The notes beneath the pieces are model-generated. The model was not told the DNA's origin and made no database searches. It saw only the letters and a list, made by a program, of their open reading frames with translations. DNA of 18,280 nucleotides. Origin: Candidatus Fervidifonticultor quintus (lineage in GTDB: Bacteria; Sysuimicrobiota; Sysuimicrobiia; Sysuimicrobiales; Humicultoraceae). The position numbers and the translations under genes were made by a program. Location: positions 1 through 18,280 of the forward strand of contig JAVKIJ010000068.1 in the NCBI GenBank assembly GCA_031459535.1, given 5' to 3'. Positions 5,996-14,698 of the stretch are shown here, piece by piece (positions within the stretch are counted from its first letter, which is position 1; every line of letters starts with the position of its first letter).

Positions 5996-7768
5996 GTGGG
6001 GGAGGGAGGGGCCGCCGCGAACCTCTCCGAACTCTCCTGGACCCTCAACGTTGCCGCCCTGGGTATCGGCGCACACGTGGCCGTGGCGCTGTTCCTCGCG
6101 CTGCGCTACCTTGAGACCCGCCGCGGTCAGGACGGGTTGTGGGCGCTGGCCTACGGCATGCTCACCGTCCACGAGGTCGTCGAGGTCCTGCTGGTGGCGA
6201 CACCCTGGTGGCTGCTCGCCCGTCACGTGCTGGTGCTCGTCCCGGGGATCATCCTGCTGGGCTCATTTCCGGCCAACCGGGCCATCGTCGCCCGTGCCGC
6301 TGCGGCGTCTGCCGCCGCGGCCGCAGCCGCGTGGCCGCTGGCAGCCGCCGGCCGCACCTGGCCCTGGGCGGCCGTTCCCGCTTCGGCGGCTGCGGGGGTG
6401 CTCTTCATCGCCGTGGCCCGCTCCTCCAGGAGGGCGGCGGGTGAGGAGGCCGGCATGCCCACCCACTTGATCGCCTGGGGGTTCGCGCTCACCGGATGGC
6501 TGCAGCTCGCGTATCCCTTCCTGCGGCCTGCAGCCTGGGGCACGCTGGCCGGCGGCCTCCTGGCTGGGGCGTTCACACTCATGCTGGGCGTGGGCCTGGT
6601 GGTCCGCACGTGGCACGATACGCGGGAGCTGGAGCTGATGAGCGCCATCGCGCGGGTCCTGAACCGTTTTCGCGATACGCGCGAGGCGCTGGCGGAGACC
6701 CTGCGCCTGCTGGTTTCGTTGCTGGGTGTGGAGGGGGGATGGGTGTTCCTGCGGGAGCGGGACCGCTTCGTCGTCGCGGCGTCCTGCGGGCTGCCGGCGG
6801 CCCTGGCCGCGGACGGGAGCGCGCGCATGAGCGGCGAGTGCCGGTGCCTGAACCTGCTGGCAGCGAACCAGCTACCTCTGGCGGTGAACATCATCGACTG
6901 CCAGCGCCTAGCCGGTGCCGGCATTCCGGGACGCCATGCCAGCGTGCCGCTCCGTGCGAGCCAGTCCACGGTCGGCCTGATGAACCTCGTGCTGCCAGGG
7001 GGGCGCAGCTTCGACGCCCGGCAGCTCCAGATGCTGTCAGCCGTGGGGCAGCAGGTGGGCTTGGCCATCGAGCGCGGATTGCTGTTCGAGGACGTGGCTG
7101 CCAAGGAGCGCACGCGTGGCGAGCTCATCGAGAAGCTGCTCACCGCCCACGAAGACGAGCGCCGGCGTATCGCCCGCGAGCTACACGACGAGGCGGGCCA
7201 GGCGTTGACCGCCCTGATTGTGAACCTGGAACTGGCATCCCAGGAATCTTCCCCCGAGCGTCTGCGGGGCCAGCTGGGCCAGCTGCGCGATCTGGCCGAG
7301 CGGACGCTGGGGGAGATCCGCCGCGTGATCTACGACCTGCGGCCCTCGATCCTGGACGACCTGGGTCTCGCAGCGGCCCTGCGCTGGTACGCCAAGAACC
7401 TGCTGGACCCGCGCGGCATCGCCTGGACCCTCTCGGTGAGCGGGATCAGCGGCCGGCTGCCTGCCGGGCTGGAGACGGTGGCATTTCGACTGGTCCAGGA
7501 GGCGTTGACCAACGTACTGCGTCATGCCGAGGCGTCGAAGGTCACGGTGAGTGTGGCGGCCGTCGGCAGGGAGCTGCACGTGCGCATTGAAGACAACGGC
7601 CGGGGTTTTGACGCCCGGCGGCCCCGGTCCGCTGACCGTACCGGCGGCTTCGGGCTGCTCGGGATGCAAGAACGGGTAGAATTAGTAGGAGGCCGATGGG
7701 AAGTCCAGTCCACGCCAGGCGTCGGGACCGTCGTGAGCGCCACGCTCCCGATCCGCGACGAGACATAG
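5996..7768 (+). CDS. Membrane sensor histidine kinase (multi-TM N-terminus, GAF, HisKA_3, HATPase)
   Basis: H-box ERRRIARELHDEAGQ, N-box QEALTNVLRHA, DNGRGF, GFGLLGMQER; GAF with CRC-x17-C. Start position uncertain. Confidence 0.93.
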   Translation: MGEGGAAANLSELSWTLNVAALGIGAHVAVALFLALRYLETRRGQDGLWALAYGMLTVHEVVEVLLVATPWWLLARHVLVLVPGIILLGSFPANRAIVARAAAASAAAAAAAWPLAAAGRTWPWAAVPASAAAGVLFIAVARSSRRAAGEEAGMPTHLIAWGFALTGWLQLAYPFLRPAAWGTLAGGLLAGAFTLMLGVGLVVRTWHDTRELELMSAIARVLNRFRDTREALAETLRLLVSLLGVEGGWVFLRERDRFVVAASCGLPAALAADGSARMSGECRCLNLLAANQLPLAVNIIDCQRLAGAGIPGRHASVPLRASQSTVGLMNLVLPGGRSFDARQLQMLSAVGQQVGLAIERGLLFEDVAAKERTRGELIEKLLTAHEDERRRIARELHDEAGQALTALIVNLELASQESSPERLRGQLGQLRDLAERTLGEIRRVIYDLRPSILDDLGLAAALRWYAKNLLDPRGIAWTLSVSGISGRLPAGLETVAFRLVQEALTNVLRHAEASKVTVSVAAVGRELHVRIEDNGRGFDARRPRSADRTGGFGLLGMQERVELVGGRWEVQSTPGVGTVVSATLPIRDET

Positions 7769-7788
7769 AAAGCGCCAGGAGAATCCGG

Positions 7789-8430
7789 GTGCTGATCGCG
7801 GATGATCACGCCATCGTCCGCGAAGGCGTCCGGATGATCCTGTCGGCGCACCCGGACATTCAGGTGGTCGGCGAGGCGGCTAGCGGCGATCAGGCCGTCG
7901 CCATGGCCCAGACGCTGCGTCCCGATGTGGTCATCATGGACATCAGCATGCCGGGGGTCAACGGCATCGAGGCCACCCAGCAGATCAGGCAACGGACGCC
8001 CGATGTCAACGTGCTGGCGCTGACCATGCACGAGGACGATCACTATGTGTTCCAGCTCCTGAAGGCGGGCGCGTCGGGCTACGTGCTCAAGCGGGCCGCG
8101 GCCACCGATCTGGTGGATGCCGTGCGCGCCGCCGCCCGCGGGGAGGCGTTCTTGTACCCCTCGGTGGCCAAGTCTGTGGTCAACGACTACCTGCGGCGCG
8201 TGGAACAGGGAGAGGCCTCCCGCAAACCCTACGATGGCCTCACCGAACGCGAGCGAGAGGTCCTGGCGCTGATCGCCGAGGGGCATACCAATGCGGAGAT
8301 CGCCAGTCGGCTGTTCATTAGCATCAAGACGGTGCAGACGCACCGGGCGCACATCTTCGAGAAACTCAACCTGCACGACCGGACCGAGCTCGTGCGGTAC
8401 GCGATCCGGGTCGGGCTCATCGAGGCGTAG
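7789..8430 (+). CDS. NarL/LuxR-family response regulator
   Basis: LIADDH, DVVIMDISMP, GYVLK and HTH LTEREREVLALIAEG..NAEIA. AGGAG at 7777-7781 supports GTG 7789; the track start 7696 lies inside the kinase gene. Confidence 0.95.
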   Translation: MLIADDHAIVREGVRMILSAHPDIQVVGEAASGDQAVAMAQTLRPDVVIMDISMPGVNGIEATQQIRQRTPDVNVLALTMHEDDHYVFQLLKAGASGYVLKRAAATDLVDAVRAAARGEAFLYPSVAKSVVNDYLRRVEQGEASRKPYDGLTEREREVLALIAEGHTNAEIASRLFISIKTVQTHRAHIFEKLNLHDRTELVRYAIRVGLIEA

Positions 8431-8463
8431 GGCTGTGCGCGGCGAACGCTGGAGGAGGAACTG

Positions 8464-9540
8464 ATGACATTCGCCAGTTCGGGGCACGCCCGGACGCCCC
8501 GGCAACGGTGGTTCGTGGACGGACTCCGCCGCACCCTGCTGGCTCAAGGTCTGGAGGAGACGTCACCGGACCGGTCGCCGCGCATCGTGTTGCATCTGGC
8601 CGACCGCGAGACCCCGCGGCCGTTCCGGCGGCGCGCCCAGGCCACATTCGTGGTGGGCATCGTCGAAGGGCCGGAACCCACGGCCGCGGTGCTGCCGGCG
8701 CTCTACCCGCTGCTGGTGCGCACCCTGGCCAATATGCTCATCTACGCCGTGGTCCCGGCCGCGGCTCCTCGGGCGTATATCGTCACCCTCGAGCAGGGCT
8801 ACTTCACCATCGAGCATCACGACGATGACGCATTCTTTGCCCTGCTGTTCGAGCGGCTCTACCCGCTGGCCTCGGCGCAACTGGTGATCAACAACGAGTT
8901 CCACACTGATCTGGAACCGGAGCTCTGGGAGGGCGATGAGCTGACCAGGGCCCTGGCAGACGCGGGCCGGCGGCTGGACGCTCTGAACCTGTTGCCAGCG
9001 CCCTTCCCTATCGAAGAGCTGCTGGGCCCGCGGGACTTGGCCCACGTGCGGCGCCTATTCGGGATCGGCGGGCTGTCGTATGGCAACCTGAGCGGCCGCA
9101 AGGACGCGCGCCGGTTTTGGATGAGCGCCAGCGGCGTCAACAAGGGCAACATGAAGGTTGTGGGCCGAGACATGCTCCTGGTCAAGGGCTACGACGCGGA
9201 GAGGAACGTGATCTTGCTCAGCGTTCCGCCAAACGTCGAACCGCGAAGGGTCTCGGTGGACGCCATCGAGCACTGGATGATCTACACCCAGCATCCGGGG
9301 GTGGGCGCCATCATTCACGTCCACGCGTGGATGGAGGGCATCCCGTCCACGCACATCCAGTATCCATGTGGGACGCTTCAGCTCGCCCAGTCCGTCGCCG
9401 ACCTCGTGGCGGCCAGCCCTGATCCCACCCATGCGGTGGTCGGGATGCGCAACCACGGCATGACCATCACCGGCCCGAACCTGGCCGATATTCTCGCGCG
9501 CATCGAGGGGCGCCTGCTGCCCCAGGTACCCATGGCATAG
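8464..9540 (+). CDS. Class II aldolase/adducin-fold metalloprotein with a long N-terminal extension
   Basis: GNLS, SASG..KG, SVDAIEHWMIY, AIIHVH and MRNHG; strong GGAGGAGG RBS. Confidence 0.85.
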   Translation: MTFASSGHARTPRQRWFVDGLRRTLLAQGLEETSPDRSPRIVLHLADRETPRPFRRRAQATFVVGIVEGPEPTAAVLPALYPLLVRTLANMLIYAVVPAAAPRAYIVTLEQGYFTIEHHDDDAFFALLFERLYPLASAQLVINNEFHTDLEPELWEGDELTRALADAGRRLDALNLLPAPFPIEELLGPRDLAHVRRLFGIGGLSYGNLSGRKDARRFWMSASGVNKGNMKVVGRDMLLVKGYDAERNVILLSVPPNVEPRRVSVDAIEHWMIYTQHPGVGAIIHVHAWMEGIPSTHIQYPCGTLQLAQSVADLVAASPDPTHAVVGMRNHGMTITGPNLADILARIEGRLLPQVPMA

Positions 9541-9551
9541 GCGCGGCCGCG

Positions 9552-10334
9552 CTACCGCCCGACCTTCCACCGATGCGGGACGTGGCAGGCGGTGCAGGCC
9601 GTGGTCTTCAGCACCGTCTCAGGATGCATCTGCGGTTGCGGCCGCTCGTGGCACGTGCGGCAGGTGATCACGGGCTGGCTGCGCTCGTGGGGCTTGTGGC
9701 ACTGGCTGCAGGGGAACTGCATGGGGGCGTCCGCCGGCCACGAGCCCCGCTGGCTCGGGATGAGCTGGTGGCACTCTAGGCAGGTCTGCCGGCCCGGCCG
9801 CAGCGGGCTGTCCACCCGCAGGAAGGCGTGGCATTCGGTGCAGTGCTGGTCCGCCATGGCCCGGATCTTCACCACGCGCTCGCCCCGCGTCTGGGCCACG
9901 TGGCACGTGCCGCAGATCTCGGTAACCGGCCTGAAGCGGTGAATGCTCGGGGCGTGACAGACCACGCACTGGATCTGACGCTGCTCGGCGTGGACCCGGT
10001 GACCGGCGGTCTCGGCCACCTGGCTCCAACGTGGACTGCCGCTCGCGTGGCATCGCGCGCAGACCTCCCGGGGTACGACCGCATGGGTCCCGACGCGGTG
10101 GGGCTGCCTGACCACGAAAGTCACGACCTGCTTGGCGCTGGCCACGATGCTGGCCTCGTGGCATGCGTGACAGTTCACGTTGCGGTGCTCGCTGGTCTGC
10201 CACTGCGTCCAGGCGTCCTCCATCGTGTGACAGGACCGGCAGAACGCCGGATTGTTCATGACGTAGTTGTAACCCCGGTATGCTGAGTAGATCCCGGAGC
10301 CGGCGAAGCCAAGCCCCACGACCGCAACCAGCAC
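9552..10334 (-). CDS. Membrane-anchored decaheme cytochrome c with NapC/NirT/NrfH-like N-terminus
   Basis: Ten CxxCH (CRSCH, CHACH, CARCH, CVVCH, CGTCH, CTECH, CLECH, CSQCH, CRTCH, CTACH); FCRSCHTM..W..SEH..V.C..CH is the NapC/NrfH pattern; N-terminal TM helix. The real start may be CTG at 10403. Confidence 0.92.
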   Translation of the reverse strand: MLVAVVGLGFAGSGIYSAYRGYNYVMNNPAFCRSCHTMEDAWTQWQTSEHRNVNCHACHEASIVASAKQVVTFVVRQPHRVGTHAVVPREVCARCHASGSPRWSQVAETAGHRVHAEQRQIQCVVCHAPSIHRFRPVTEICGTCHVAQTRGERVVKIRAMADQHCTECHAFLRVDSPLRPGRQTCLECHQLIPSQRGSWPADAPMQFPCSQCHKPHERSQPVITCRTCHERPQPQMHPETVLKTTACTACHVPHRWKVGR

Positions 10335-10530
10335 CCCAAACGGGCGTGGCAGGGAGAGCAGCCGCCGGTTCAGCCTGCTGAGCCAGCCAGCGAAGCGCTT
10401 CAGGAATCCACCTCGAGCATACGCGCCGGTGTGAACCCGCCGGCGCGGCAGTTGGGCAGCCAGGAAGTGGATTCCCCGGATGCTGGCGAAACCCTCCTGG
10501 AGGGCGGCGCTCGCGCCGTCGGGCTAACAG

Positions 10531-13092
10531 ATGGAACGGCTGACCTTCGTATTTTTCATCTACGGCCTGGCGTTCTTCGCCATGGGCCTGGCCATCGCGC
10601 TGGAGTCGCGCCGGCCCAGCGATCTGCGCCTCTCGCGCCCGCTGCGCTACCTGGCGGCGTTCGGCTTGCTGCACGCGGCGGTGGAGTGGATCGACATGTG
10701 GCTGATCGGGCCCGGTGCGGAGAGCGGCGCGACCGCGCTGCGGATACTACGCCTGGTGCTCTTCGCCGGCTCGACGGTGGCGCTGGCACAATTCGGTGCC
10801 GATCTCATCGCCGCGATCCGCCCGGGGCTGAGGGCCATCCGCTGGCTCCCGCTGGTGCTGACGCTGTTCTGGACCGCCAACTGGGCCGTCATCCCGCACC
10901 TGACCCCGGTGGTCGTCCCGGGGCAGGCTGCGCCCGCAGCGGGCTGCGCGCGATGCCATACCGAGACGCCGCCGCTGGGGACCGGTGCCCCGCGGGGTGA
11001 GCTGCCGCCTGCAACCGTGCTGGCTGATGTCTGGCTGCGCTACTTGGTATACCTGCCCGGGTCGCTGCTGGCCGCGGCGGGGTTTTCGATGGAGGGCCGC
11101 CGACTGGTCACCGAAGGCTATGCGTTCATCGGTCAGGCGTGCCGGTGGGCCGCTCTGGCCTTCCTCGGCAACGCGGTCGTGTCGGGTCTCATCGTGCCGC
11201 CGGCACCGGTGTTCCCGGCGTCGGTGCTCAACTACGACCGCTTCCTCTCCATGATCGGCGCACCGCCCCAACTGTTTCGCGCGGCCATTGCGGTGCTGAT
11301 CGCCGGGCTCGTGCTGCGCGTGCTGCGGGTGTTCGAGGCCGAGGCGGCACAGCGCCTGGCCAGCGCCACCCGGGCACGTCTGGCCGCGCAGCAGGAGGCG
11401 TTGGCTGCCGTGCAGGAAGCCCGGGCCGCGGCCGAGACCTGGAGCCGGACCCTCGAGGAGCGTGTGGCGGCCCGCACCGCGGAACTGGAACGCCGCACCC
11501 GCGAGCTGGCCGCCCTCAACGCCATTGCCTCCACCGTGACCAGTTCGCTGGACCTCCAGACCATCCTTGAGGCCACGGTGGATCGCGTCCTGGAACTCGT
11601 GGGCGCCGAGGGCGGGGGGATCACGCTCTTCCCCCCATCGCCCGGCGGGGTCACCACGCGCGTGGTGCGGGGAGACGCAGGCGCCGACGTGGAGCGGATT
11701 GGGGGGTTCGAGCCAGGCGCCGTGGCGACCGGCGCCGTCGTGCTCCCGGATGACGGTTCCCGCCGGCCCTTCATCAAGGTGCCGCTGCGCGCCAAGGACC
11801 GGTTGCTGGGCGAGCTGACGGTGCTGGGGCCGCGCGAGGGGCGGTTCAACGACGCCGATGTGAGCCTGCTGACCACGGTGGCCCAGCAGGTGGGCGTGGC
11901 CGTGGAGAACGCCAGGCTCTTCGGTGAAACCGCCGCGCGGCGGCGCGAGGCCGAGACGCTCTACCGCCTGGGGACGGAGATCACCGGGCTCTCGGACGTA
12001 CAACGGATCCTGGAACTGGTCGTGGGCAGCGCCCGCGATCTGCTCGACGGTGATGCGGCCATGCTCAGCCTGCTGGACGAGGGCCGGAGCACGCTCGTGG
12101 TCCGCGCGGCCGCCGGGCTGCGCACCCGCGAGCTCTTGGGAGCGGAGCTGCAGCCTGGCCACGGGCTGGCGGGCCGCGTCCTCCAGACGGGACAGGCGGC
12201 CGTCGTAGCCGATTACGTGGCCGATCCGTCCATCACCCACGAGCTGGACGACGCCGTGCGGCGGGAGGGACTCCAGACCTTCATCGGCGTGCCGATTGGG
12301 ACTCGCAACCACACCATTGGATGTCTGGCGATCGGTTTTCGCCGCGTGCGTCCCATCATTGATGACGACGTGCGTCTGGCTGCCCGCGTAGCCCACCAGG
12401 CGGCCATCGCCATTGAGAACGCCAGGCTGTACGAGCGGGTGCAGAGCCTGGCGATCCTCGAGGAACGGGACCGGCTCGGCCGGGAGATGCACGACAGCCT
12501 CGGCCAGAGCCTCGGGCTGCTCAATCTCAAGGTGAAGCTCGTGGAGGACCTGATCGCCGGGGGACGGACCCGAGAGGCGGGCGACGAGTTGGCGCAGATG
12601 CGCCAGACCATCCGGGAGGCTTACGACGAAGTCCGATACGCCATCCTGGGCCTGCGCACCTCAGACGCGCGGGAGGACCTGGAAGTCGGGCTGCGCGTGC
12701 AGGTCACCCGCTTCCGCGAGCAGGCCAGGCTTCCGGTGGCGTTCGAGGTGTACGGGCCCATTCCCCCGGTGCCAGCGCTGGCGGCGGTGCAGATTTCGCG
12801 CATCGTGCAGGAGGCCCTGACCAACGTGCGCAAGCATGCCCAGGCCAGCAGCGTGGGGGTGGTGCTGTCTGCGGCGGACGGCAGGCTCCAGGTCCGCGTG
12901 GCGGACAACGGGGTGGGCTTCGACGTGCAGGCCGTGCAGGCGGCCGCCGGTGCCCGGTTCGGCCTGGAAACCATGCGGGAGCGGGCGGAGAGCATCGGCG
13001 GGGCGCTGCAGGTCGTCTCGGCGCCAGGCCAGGGGACCACGGTGACGCTGACCCTTCCGCTGGCAGAGAGCGGTCCGCCCCGAGCCGGGTAG
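10531..13092 (+). CDS. Sensor histidine kinase: about 7 TM helices with a CxxCH loop, coiled coil, two GAF domains, HisKA_3, HATPase
   Basis: LEERVAARTAEL coiled coil; two GAF ends (VAVENARLF, IAIENARLY); ERDRLGREMHDSLGQSL H-box; QEALTNVRKHA; DNGVGF; FGLETMRERA. Confidence 0.94.
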   Translation: MERLTFVFFIYGLAFFAMGLAIALESRRPSDLRLSRPLRYLAAFGLLHAAVEWIDMWLIGPGAESGATALRILRLVLFAGSTVALAQFGADLIAAIRPGLRAIRWLPLVLTLFWTANWAVIPHLTPVVVPGQAAPAAGCARCHTETPPLGTGAPRGELPPATVLADVWLRYLVYLPGSLLAAAGFSMEGRRLVTEGYAFIGQACRWAALAFLGNAVVSGLIVPPAPVFPASVLNYDRFLSMIGAPPQLFRAAIAVLIAGLVLRVLRVFEAEAAQRLASATRARLAAQQEALAAVQEARAAAETWSRTLEERVAARTAELERRTRELAALNAIASTVTSSLDLQTILEATVDRVLELVGAEGGGITLFPPSPGGVTTRVVRGDAGADVERIGGFEPGAVATGAVVLPDDGSRRPFIKVPLRAKDRLLGELTVLGPREGRFNDADVSLLTTVAQQVGVAVENARLFGETAARRREAETLYRLGTEITGLSDVQRILELVVGSARDLLDGDAAMLSLLDEGRSTLVVRAAAGLRTRELLGAELQPGHGLAGRVLQTGQAAVVADYVADPSITHELDDAVRREGLQTFIGVPIGTRNHTIGCLAIGFRRVRPIIDDDVRLAARVAHQAAIAIENARLYERVQSLAILEERDRLGREMHDSLGQSLGLLNLKVKLVEDLIAGGRTREAGDELAQMRQTIREAYDEVRYAILGLRTSDAREDLEVGLRVQVTRFREQARLPVAFEVYGPIPPVPALAAVQISRIVQEALTNVRKHAQASSVGVVLSAADGRLQVRVADNGVGFDVQAVQAAAGARFGLETMRERAESIGGALQVVSAPGQGTTVTLTLPLAESGPPRAG

Positions 13093-13105
13093 GAGGCAGG
13101 AGCGT

Positions 13106-13789
13106 ATGGACGCCATCCGGGTTTTGCTAGCCGATGATCACGCGCTGTTCCGGCGCGGGTTGGCGAGCCTGCTGGCCAACCGGGAGGACATCGAGGTCGT
13201 GGGCGAAGCCGCCAGCGGGGACGAGGCCGTGGAGCGCGCGCGGGAGCTGATGCCCGACGTCATCCTCATGGACGTGCGGATGCCGCGGGGCGGCGGCCTG
13301 GAAGCCACGCGACGCCTCAAAGAAGAGATGCCCTACGTCAAGATCGTGATCCTGACCGTCTCCGAAGACGAAGAGGATCTCTTCGCAGCCCTCAAGGGCG
13401 GCGCCCAGGGGTACCTGCTGAAGAACATCGATCCCGAAGACCTGATCGCCTGCATCCACCAGGTGCAGCGCGGAGAGGCGCCGCTGGCACCGTCCATGGC
13501 GACGAAGATCCTGCGAGAGTTCGGCAGCGCGCCTCCGCGGCCCGGCCCGACCCTCACGCAGCGCGAGCGCCAGGTGCTCGAGCTGGTGGCGCGCGGCGAC
13601 GCGAACAAGGAGATCGCCCGCGCGCTGCAGATCTCGGAGAATACCGTCAAGAACCACCTGCGCAACATCCTCGAGAAGCTTCACCTGCAGAACCGGGTCC
13701 AGGCCGTCATGTACGCCTTGCGCGAGGGGCTCATCGCCCCGCCGGGCCCGCCCTCCCCGCCGTCTGGCGAACGTCCCGACGGCCGGTAG
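13106..13789 (+). CDS. NarL/LuxR-family response regulator
   Basis: [51 protein letters not shown]; purine-rich RBS (GGAGG, AGGAG) upstream. Confidence 0.96.
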   Translation: MDAIRVLLADDHALFRRGLASLLANREDIEVVGEAASGDEAVERARELMPDVILMDVRMPRGGGLEATRRLKEEMPYVKIVILTVSEDEEDLFAALKGGAQGYLLKNIDPEDLIACIHQVQRGEAPLAPSMATKILREFGSAPPRPGPTLTQRERQVLELVARGDANKEIARALQISENTVKNHLRNILEKLHLQNRVQAVMYALREGLIAPPGPPSPPSGERPDGR

Positions 13790-13996
13790 CCCATCCGGAC
13801 CCTCCCCGGGAGCCCACTGCTCACCCGGAAGCACTAGGCCGCCCCCGCCCCTGCGGCTTATCCGCGGGGGATCCTGTGGCCGTTTCGGGCCTCACCGGGC
13901 CCACCCGGAATACCCGCTCGCCCTAGTTGAGAGGGGCGATTGGCCCAAGCGGAGCCGGGGCGTATCGTCGAGCTGGAGAGGTTCGAGGCGACGACG

Positions 13997-14347
13997 ATGC
14001 CCTGCCGAGTCCTGATCTGGTCCAGTCAACCCTCGTTCGTCAGGGCCATGCGGAGCCTGGCCGAACGGGAGGGATTGCAGGCACTGGGCGTGGCCCGCAC
14101 CGCGGACGCCGCGGTGCGGTGCGTGCAGACCCACCAGCCCGACGTGGTGCTGGTCGATCGTCAGACCGGGGAGCGGTACCCGGAGATCGTCGTGCGTCTT
14201 ATGGTGGCCGGCGCTCGCACACGGGTCGTGGCCATGGATCTGGTGGACGAAGCCGCGATCGTCCTCCAGGGCTGGCGGGCGCCCGCAGCCACCATCAGGG
14301 AGCTCATGCGGGTGATCGAAGGCGGCCTGGAGTCCCGGGCCGCGTAG
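13997..14347 (+). CDS. Stand-alone degenerate receiver (REC/CheY-like) domain protein, 116 aa
   Basis: RVLIW...ALGVARTADAAVRCVQTHQPDVVLVD...TRVVAM follows receiver-domain order. ATG at 13997 follows GAGG; the track start is 13940. Confidence 0.65.
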   Translation: MPCRVLIWSSQPSFVRAMRSLAEREGLQALGVARTADAAVRCVQTHQPDVVLVDRQTGERYPEIVVRLMVAGARTRVVAMDLVDEAAIVLQGWRAPAATIRELMRVIEGGLESRAA

Positions 14348-14360
14348 GGAGGGAGACACA

Positions 14361-14573
14361 ATGCATCCAATCGGCATCGCACTGGCGTTCCTGGTCTTCT
14401 GGAGTCTGGTGGCGGCGGGCACGTTCATGATCGTGCACTGCGGCCGGCGGCTGAGGGGCGGGCAGTGCCCGACCGCGTTCTGGAAGATCGTCAACGGCGT
14501 GGTGGTGCTGCTGGGCGTGACGCTGGCCGGCGCCGGGTTCTTCGCGACGTACGTGGTCCTCTACGGTCGCTAA
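14361..14573 (+). CDS. Small membrane protein (70 aa, 2 predicted TM helices)
   Basis: GGAGGGAG 5 nt before the ATG; two hydrophobic helices separated by the basic loop HCGRRLRGGQCP. Confidence 0.75.
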   Translation: MHPIGIALAFLVFWSLVAAGTFMIVHCGRRLRGGQCPTAFWKIVNGVVVLLGVTLAGAGFFATYVVLYGR

Positions 14574-14698
14574 GGCGCGGCGCTCGTGCTAGACCCATCA
14601 AGAAAGGAGCCGCGGGCACGGCCTGACCGCCTGATTTGGCCATCTCGCGGCTCCCGCGCAGGCAGGGCTCCCGGGTCAGTGCGTCCAACCTGTTAGGA

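Noticed and set aside
7765-7788. In-frame ATA overlapping the kinase TAG as a non-canonical start for the regulator
   Set aside because: GTG 7789 has a well-spaced AGGAG; ATA cannot be supported without data.
9541-9552. Perfect palindrome GCGCGGCCGCGC between convergent stops as a bidirectional terminator
   Set aside because: Only a 4-bp stem if a loop is allowed, no U-tracts, and plausible by chance at this GC content.
10485-10530. Resemblance to a c-di-GMP-I riboswitch (GGCGAAACC...GGGCTAA)
   Set aside because: Lacks the GNRA-capped stem and the GACGCAAAGC core; an Rfam RF01051 scan would settle it.
10531-13789. Naming the pair narX/narL
   Set aside because: The kinase core is HisKA_3, but there is no nitrate-binding P-box or two-TM NarX architecture.
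14603-14609. Strong Shine-Dalgarno-like AAAGGAG suggesting another small gene
   Set aside because: No canonical start codon at a usable distance; the TTG at 14636 is 26 nt away.
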